Source of the DNA: an uncultured bacterium
Lineage (GTDB): Bacteria; Lernaellota; Lernaellaia; Lernaellales; Lernaellaceae
Assembly (NCBI GenBank): GCA_964534375.1
Contig: CAZHPN010000097.1
Span: 1-21,010 of the forward strand
Reading direction: 5' to 3'
Length of the DNA stretch: 21,010 nt
The notes beneath the pieces are model-generated. The model was given only the letters and a program-made list of their open reading frames with translations, did no database searches and was not told where the DNA came from. A program made the position numbers and the translations under genes. Shown one piece after another: positions 16,905 through 21,010 of this stretch. How positions within the stretch are numbered: position 1 is the stretch's first letter; each line of letters begins with the position of its first letter.

Positions 16905-17110
16905 ACTACTATCCGCGAATTTCTTCGCTCGGCGCGAAGAATTTGGAAAGTTGAATACAACCGCAGATTACGCCGATGAACGCAGATTAGCGTGGCGGGC
17001 CGGGGCGAAATTTCGGCCGCCGAAATTTCGATTTCCCGGCCCGCAAATCTGCGCCAATCTGCGCAATCTGCGGCTAAAGAAAAATCATTTGGTTGCGGCC
17101 GAAGGCCGCG
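16905..17110. mobile_element. Putative non-autonomous asymmetric insertion element, copy B (206 bp)
   Basis: Starts ACTACTATC after host CTCTGT and ends TTTGGTTGCGGC-CGAAG-GCCGCG. Confidence 0.6.
16961..17073. repeat. Long imperfect hairpin of CGCAGATT units around a palindromic core
   Basis: CCGCAGATTACGCCGATGAACGCAGATT / AATCTGCGCCAATCTGCGCAATCTGCGG; GCGGGCCGGG / CCCGGCCCGC; CGAAATTTCGGC-C-GCCGAAATTTCG. Confidence 0.9.
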
Positions 17111-17160
17111 CTAAGCCCTCTCTGTTTAATATTCCCTTCTCACCCGGCCGTCAAAAACGC

Positions 17161-17189
17161 TGGACGGGTTCGCCGCCGCATTGCATAAT
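17161..17189 (+). promoter_or_regulatory. Putative promoter for the 17275 gene
   Basis: TGGACG-17 nt-CATAAT. Confidence 0.35.
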
Positions 17190-17274
17190 CCCGCGGCGAC
17201 TCGAGCCGGACGGCGCGCCACGGGGCGCGAGCCGCCGGCGATCGGGAAGAGAAAGCGACGCGCCGGTTTTGACG

Positions 17275-18594
17275 ATGGCCAAGCCGCAACGATATCCCGA
17301 GATCGACTTCCTCAAAGGCGTCGCCTGCGCCCTGATGCTGTTCGGCCACGCCGTGCGGATGCGCATGCCGGCGCCCGCGCCGTTGGACAAAATTCTGCTG
17401 CACCTGTTCGATTTTTCGGGCCCGATCTTCTTCTTTCTTTCGGGCATGAACGTCATGACGTTCACCGAACGCAACGCCGGCAAGCCCGGCTTCGCCGCCA
17501 CGAAATTCTACCTGTGGTCGGCGGCGGCGCTGTATTTTCTCGGTTACGCGTACAACATCAACCGCAACACGCTCGACCAACTCGACATTTTCCAAGGCAT
17601 CGCGCTCGGCACGGCCGCCGTTTACTTGCTGATGCGCACGCGCCTGCCGACCTGGGCGCATTTCCTCGTCGCCGCCGCGATTTATTCCATCTATTTGCGC
17701 TTTCGCGTGCGCCTGGAACTGAATCTGATCTACCCCGGCTTCGTCGCGCTCCGCAATTCCGTCGGCCCGGACGCCGACATCTGGGCGCTCGCGCGGAGCG
17801 GCTGGGGCCGCGAATTCCGCCAGGCGCTGCCGCCGGCCGTGCGTTATTGGTTCCTGTATTTCACGCCGTTTTACTGGACCGTATTTATCTATTTCGGCGC
17901 GTTGTGCTACCGCAGCGTGATGCGCAGCGCCAAATGGACCTGCGCCTGGGCCGCGTTTTTCGCGGCGCTTTTTGTCAGCGGGCCGTTCGCGATGCGGAAC
18001 GTTTTCGGCCCCGGCAAATCGTTGCTCGATGCGGTCTTCTTGAAAAACGGTTTGGATCTCAGTCTGCGCGGCATCCCGAGCTACGTCATGACGACGCTGG
18101 GCGCCGCCGGGCTCTTGTATCTCGCCTTCCGGGGTCGTTACCGCGGGGCCGCGGCGCTGCGCAACCGCTGGCTCAAATGGACGGCGGCGCGCTTCGAGTT
18201 GCTCGGCAAGGAGAGCCTGATGTTTCTCGTCGTGCACTGGCTGGCCGTCATGCTCGTCGTGCCGATACTGACATCGTTCGAGAATTGGCGGCCCGGGGAA
18301 GGCCGCGTGGCGTTCAGCTATTTGCACGGCGCGTTGGCGCTGGCCGCGACGATGTGGGCCGTGCCGCGGTTCGTCAACTGGCGCGACCGCTGGCGCGCGA
18401 AGCCGCGTTACGGCCGCAACGTCGCGCTGTTCATCGCCGCCAGCTTCGTGGCAATTTTCGTATTCTTCCTGCTGCGAATCCCGCTGGTCGGCTACGGCGC
18501 CACCTTCGGCGTGAGCATCGGCTTCGCCTTTATCTATCCGGATGTGCGCGACCGCCTGCGGCGACGATTCACGGCGGCTGCCGCCGCCGGATGA
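17275..18594 (+). CDS. Membrane acyltransferase-like protein (DUF1624/HGSNAT-like, acyltransferase-3 clan), 439 aa
   Basis: RYPEIDFLKGVACALMLFGH, PIFFFLSGM, LGKESLMFLVVHW, more than 10 TM segments. The ORF extension to 16870 runs through repeats and is not credible. Confidence 0.8.
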   Translation: MAKPQRYPEIDFLKGVACALMLFGHAVRMRMPAPAPLDKILLHLFDFSGPIFFFLSGMNVMTFTERNAGKPGFAATKFYLWSAAALYFLGYAYNINRNTLDQLDIFQGIALGTAAVYLLMRTRLPTWAHFLVAAAIYSIYLRFRVRLELNLIYPGFVALRNSVGPDADIWALARSGWGREFRQALPPAVRYWFLYFTPFYWTVFIYFGALCYRSVMRSAKWTCAWAAFFAALFVSGPFAMRNVFGPGKSLLDAVFLKNGLDLSLRGIPSYVMTTLGAAGLLYLAFRGRYRGAAALRNRWLKWTAARFELLGKESLMFLVVHWLAVMLVVPILTSFENWRPGEGRVAFSYLHGALALAATMWAVPRFVNWRDRWRAKPRYGRNVALFIAASFVAIFVFFLLRIPLVGYGATFGVSIGFAFIYPDVRDRLRRRFTAAAAAG

Positions 18595-18606
18595 GATGTT
18601 TATTTT

Positions 18607-18694
18607 ATCCGCAGATTGCACAGATTTCGCAGCGCAGCCCTTCGGGCCGCAACCAAAGTCTCGGGCATCCACAGATTACGCAGATTGCACAGAT
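18607..18694. repeat. CAGATT 9-mer tandem modules flanking a reversed copy of the element hairpin end
   Basis: ATCCGCAGATTGCACAGATTTCGCAG | CGCAGCCCTTCGGGCCGCAACCAAA (18633-18657) ... ATCCACAGATTACGCAGATTGCACAGAT (18667-18694). Confidence 0.8.
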
Positions 18695-18717
18695 ATTACG
18701 GAAGGCCGGGCGGCGGA

Positions 18718-18777
18718 CCCGGGAGCGCCCGGGGCGCCAACGGCGCGAACTAACCCAGCCTAGGCCAACGGCCTAGG
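18718..18777. repeat. Cluster of REP-like hairpins
   Basis: CCCGGG-AGCG-CCCGGG, GCGCC-AAC-GGCGC (18734-18746) and CCTAGGCC-AAC-GGCCTAGG (18759-18777). They lie directly upstream of a RAYT remnant. Confidence 0.7.
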
Positions 18778-18819
18778 AACCCCTAATGAATGGCGCTGAA
18801 CTGTGGCGTGCACGGAGCT

Positions 18820-19174
18820 ATGGCGCGAATCGCCAAAGTCGCGGTTGATGCCGATCGACATGCACCTCATCGCCGTTCCGGCCGCGGTCTGCAGCCTGCA
18901 TCGCGGCATCGCGGAGGCGCAGCGGCATTGCACGTACGGCGGGGGCAGCGCGAGCGCGCATCTCGCCGGCCGCGAACGCCTTTTGGCGCGCGTCCAACCG
19001 GTGCTTGACCTCGTGCCGAACTGGCGCGATCTTGTCAACAGCGCGCCCGATGGCGCCGCGGCGCAGGCGACCCGCGTGCCTGCCCGTTCCGGCCCGCCGC
19101 CGGGCGACGGCGCCGTTCTCGATCGCGAGGAAGAACGTTGAAACGACCCGCCCCCGCGACCACGGAAACGATGA
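18820..19174 (+). pseudogene. Decayed REP-associated tyrosine transposase (RAYT / Y1 HUH family)
   Basis: MARIAKVAV start, frameshift/deletion to LMPIDMHLIAVP (cf. LMPNHVHLIAVP), IAEAQRH, second deletion to SASAHLAG, V.P.L..V.NWR, SGPPPGD..VLD (cf. TGRPLGD..FL). TGA at 19139-19141 precedes a basic tail. Confidence 0.8.
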
Positions 19175-19219
19175 CCGGAACCGCGAGGCGAGAGGGGTTA
19201 AGTATTGTGTCCTCGGAAG

Positions 19220-19318
19220 TTGTTGCACGGCGACGGAAGTATCGGCAACGTTTATGACCTGAACAACGCTTTGTACGTCAATATCATCGGCGATCCGAGG
19301 CTTGGGTTGTCGAATTAG
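19220..19318 (+). pseudogene. Possible orphan 3' fragment of a gene (32 aa, ...YVNIIGDPRLGLSN*)
   Basis: Coding-like codon pattern and a xNxxGDPxL C-terminal motif. In-frame TAA at 19199-19201 upstream. Confidence 0.35.
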
Positions 19319-19367
19319 CCATCGAGAACGGCGAGGATGAGCCTGCGTCGGCAATGTGGGGGCGGTG

Positions 19368-20498
19368 ATGAGAAGAGAATTCTGGTCAGTGCTGGGCGTT
19401 GTTGTACTCTTCGTGCTGAATGTGAGCGGCGCATGCACGAGCGGGCCGCGAAAAGCGGAGACCGTTTGGCTGGCTCCCGAGTGCGACGACGACGATAACG
19501 ACAACGATTTCTCGCCGGCGAGCGACGACGACAACGACTCATCCCCGGAGGCCGACGACGACACCAATGGGTCGGTCACATGGTCGGCAATGAATAGCGG
19601 GACTTCGGAAGATTTGAACAACGTCTGGGGCTTAGCGCGCAACGATGTATTCGCCGTGGGCGATTCCGGCACAATCGTTCACTACGACGGTTCGTCGTGG
19701 TCGCCGATGACCAGCGGCACGACATTGGGGCTCGGCGCGGTGTGGGGCGCGTCGCCGACGGACGTATTCGTCGTCGGCGATGCTGCGACATACGCCATGA
19801 TTTTGCACTTCGACGGATCGGCTTGGTCGTCGATGTCGATTCCGGCGGGCAGCGCCGACGCTTTGTTTGCGCTATGGGGCTCGGCCCACAATGATGTTTT
19901 CGCCGTTGGCGGCGCGCCCAAGAATTCGCCGAATCATGCGGCGATATTGCATTATGATGGATCGTCATGGACCCCGATGGCGGTTCCGGCCACTCAGCTT
20001 TCCCCTCCTCCTTATTACATGGCGGCGGTTTGGGGGGCGTCATCGTCAAACGTGATAGCGGCGGCGCTAACGATGGAGGGCTATCTCGTTCAATACAACG
20101 GCTCGTCGTGGGCTGAAATGTATGGCGACGCGAATGCGAGCTCTGTGGCGGGTCTATGGGGGGCGTCGTGCGACAACGTTTGGGCGGTCTCCCTGGAAGG
20201 GTTATTTTACCACTGGGACGGCGCCGGGTGGTCGGGCACAATGTACTATTTTAGTGCTTTCAGGGCGATTTGGGGTTCGTCGGCGACCGACGTGTTCGCT
20301 GTCGGCGCCACCGGTGAAGTCGTTCACTTAGGCGCGACGGGGTGGTCGCCAATGGCGAGCAACACAAATAACGACCTGAACGGTGTCTGGGGTTCCTCTG
20401 GCACGGACGTGTTTGTCGTTGGCGCGGGCGGAACGATCATCCATTACGGTCCGCCGGCGGCACGCGCGGCGCGCGGCGCGATGATCGGTGGCCAGTAG
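19368..20498 (+). CDS. Secreted/lipoprotein beta-propeller repeat protein with Asp-rich linker, ~376 aa
   Basis: Signal peptide ending VSGAC, DDDDNDND linker, seven VWGxxxxDVFAVG...I.HYDGxxW repeats. Alternative GTG start at 19356. Confidence 0.85.
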   Translation: MRREFWSVLGVVVLFVLNVSGACTSGPRKAETVWLAPECDDDDNDNDFSPASDDDNDSSPEADDDTNGSVTWSAMNSGTSEDLNNVWGLARNDVFAVGDSGTIVHYDGSSWSPMTSGTTLGLGAVWGASPTDVFVVGDAATYAMILHFDGSAWSSMSIPAGSADALFALWGSAHNDVFAVGGAPKNSPNHAAILHYDGSSWTPMAVPATQLSPPPYYMAAVWGASSSNVIAAALTMEGYLVQYNGSSWAEMYGDANASSVAGLWGASCDNVWAVSLEGLFYHWDGAGWSGTMYYFSAFRAIWGSSATDVFAVGATGEVVHLGATGWSPMASNTNNDLNGVWGSSGTDVFVVGAGGTIIHYGPPAARAARGAMIGGQ

Positions 20499-20583
20499 TC
20501 GGTGGGCAATGCCCGGTAAACGTCGGCTGAGAGCCGGTGGCCGACGAACGGTGGACGGTGGCGCGTGGCCAGTAGCCATGAGC
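20486..20583 (+). repeat. Degenerate 7-mer tandem array, 14 units, consensus CGGTGGC
   Basis: CGGTGGC CAGTAGT CGGTGGG CAATGCC CGGTAAA CGTCGGC TGAGAGC CGGTGGC CGACGAA CGGTGGA CGGTGGC GCGTGGC CAGTAGC CATGAGC. Confidence 0.7.
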
Positions 20584-20608
20584 AGTAAGGACATCGGCAA
20601 GGCTTCGC

Positions 20609-21010
20609 AGCACGGGAGGGTTCTGGATCGTAAATGCCGACCCCGGCGACACAATTTTGACCGCGAGCGTCGGCGGCGTGTCGAAACCCGTGACGACGTT
20701 CGTTTACGCCGGCGGCGTCACGCTGAACATCGTGGCCTTTGGCGGCGACGCGCCGCCGACGCCGGCCGATTGCCCGGACGATCTGATGAGCACGATTGTC
20801 GACGGCAGCAGCCAGCAACCCGTGAGCGGGGCGACCGTCCAATTGCTACAGGCGACGAACGGGCAGCCGTTCAGCCCGGCGATTTCGGCGATCACGGCGA
20901 CCGACGGCAGCTTTTTGCTGCTCGTGCCGCCGAGCGTCGGGCTGGCTGGGATCGCGGTCAGCCAAACGGGGTATCTGTCCAGCTATTATTGGGGCCCGAT
21001 CGGGAATATG
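20609..21010 (+). CDS. Partial (5'-truncated and/or short-start) gene with a carboxypeptidase-regulatory-like beta-sandwich; runs off the window
   Basis: The frame reads STGGFWIVNADPGDTILTASVGG...IVDGSSQQPVSGATVQL...TATDGSFLLLVP...VSQTGY. In-frame TGA at 20579-20581 and no ATG until about 20786. Confidence 0.6.

Larger units (their letters stand above)
16810..17128. repeat. Palindromic CACAGAG host repeat, copy 2, interrupted in its right arm
   Basis: Left arm TGAACACAGAGGGCGCAGAGGAAGACACAGCGAGCACAG. The right arm is reconstituted as CTGTGGCCTCGGTGTCTTCCTCTGT (16880-16904) plus GCCCTCTCTGTTTA (17115-17128). Confidence 0.85.

Noticed and set aside
16870..17274. 135-aa N-terminal extension of the acyltransferase ORF
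   Set aside because: It translates the repeat element. The family motif starts at the ATG at 17275, with a promoter-like motif just upstream.
19485..19565. GAC/AAC-rich trinucleotide run
   Set aside because: It is explained as the Asp/Asn-rich linker of the secreted protein.
20493..20500. CAGTAGTC as the missing partner end for 18633-18657
   Set aside because: It lacks the upstream GCGCC/AAGAAA/GAY blocks and is in register with the heptamer array.

Overview
High-GC bacterial chromosomal window. The gene content suggests a deltaproteobacterium-like organism, but this is inference only. It holds about 14 intact CDSs: tpx; two divergent GT-C-like membrane proteins; a redox cluster (Fe-S flavoprotein, bcp, geranylgeranyl-reductase-family enzyme, cytochrome b5/membrane fusion); tex; a stand-alone PAS protein; a lower-GC ABC-ATPase plus TOPRIM-like gene pair (candidate defence or toxin-antitoxin module); a divergent purF; a DUF697/YcjF-like protein; a GT39/ArnT-like transferase; a membrane acyltransferase-like protein; and a secreted beta-propeller protein. 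The most striking non-coding signal is a nested repeat system. At two loci (7.7-8.0 kb and 16.8-17.1 kb), a ~210-bp asymmetric element with a GTACTACT left end and a TTTGGTYGCGGC-loop-GCCGCG hairpin right end sits at the identical nucleotide of a CACAGAG palindromic host repeat, carrying different 7-/9-mer repeat cargo each time. A third, reversed hairpin end at 18.6 kb interrupts a CAGATT repeat. It opens a patchwork region with REP-like hairpins, a decayed RAYT (HUH Y1) transposase, an orphan gene tail, a heptamer array and a headless gene. No rRNA, tRNA or CRISPR array was seen.
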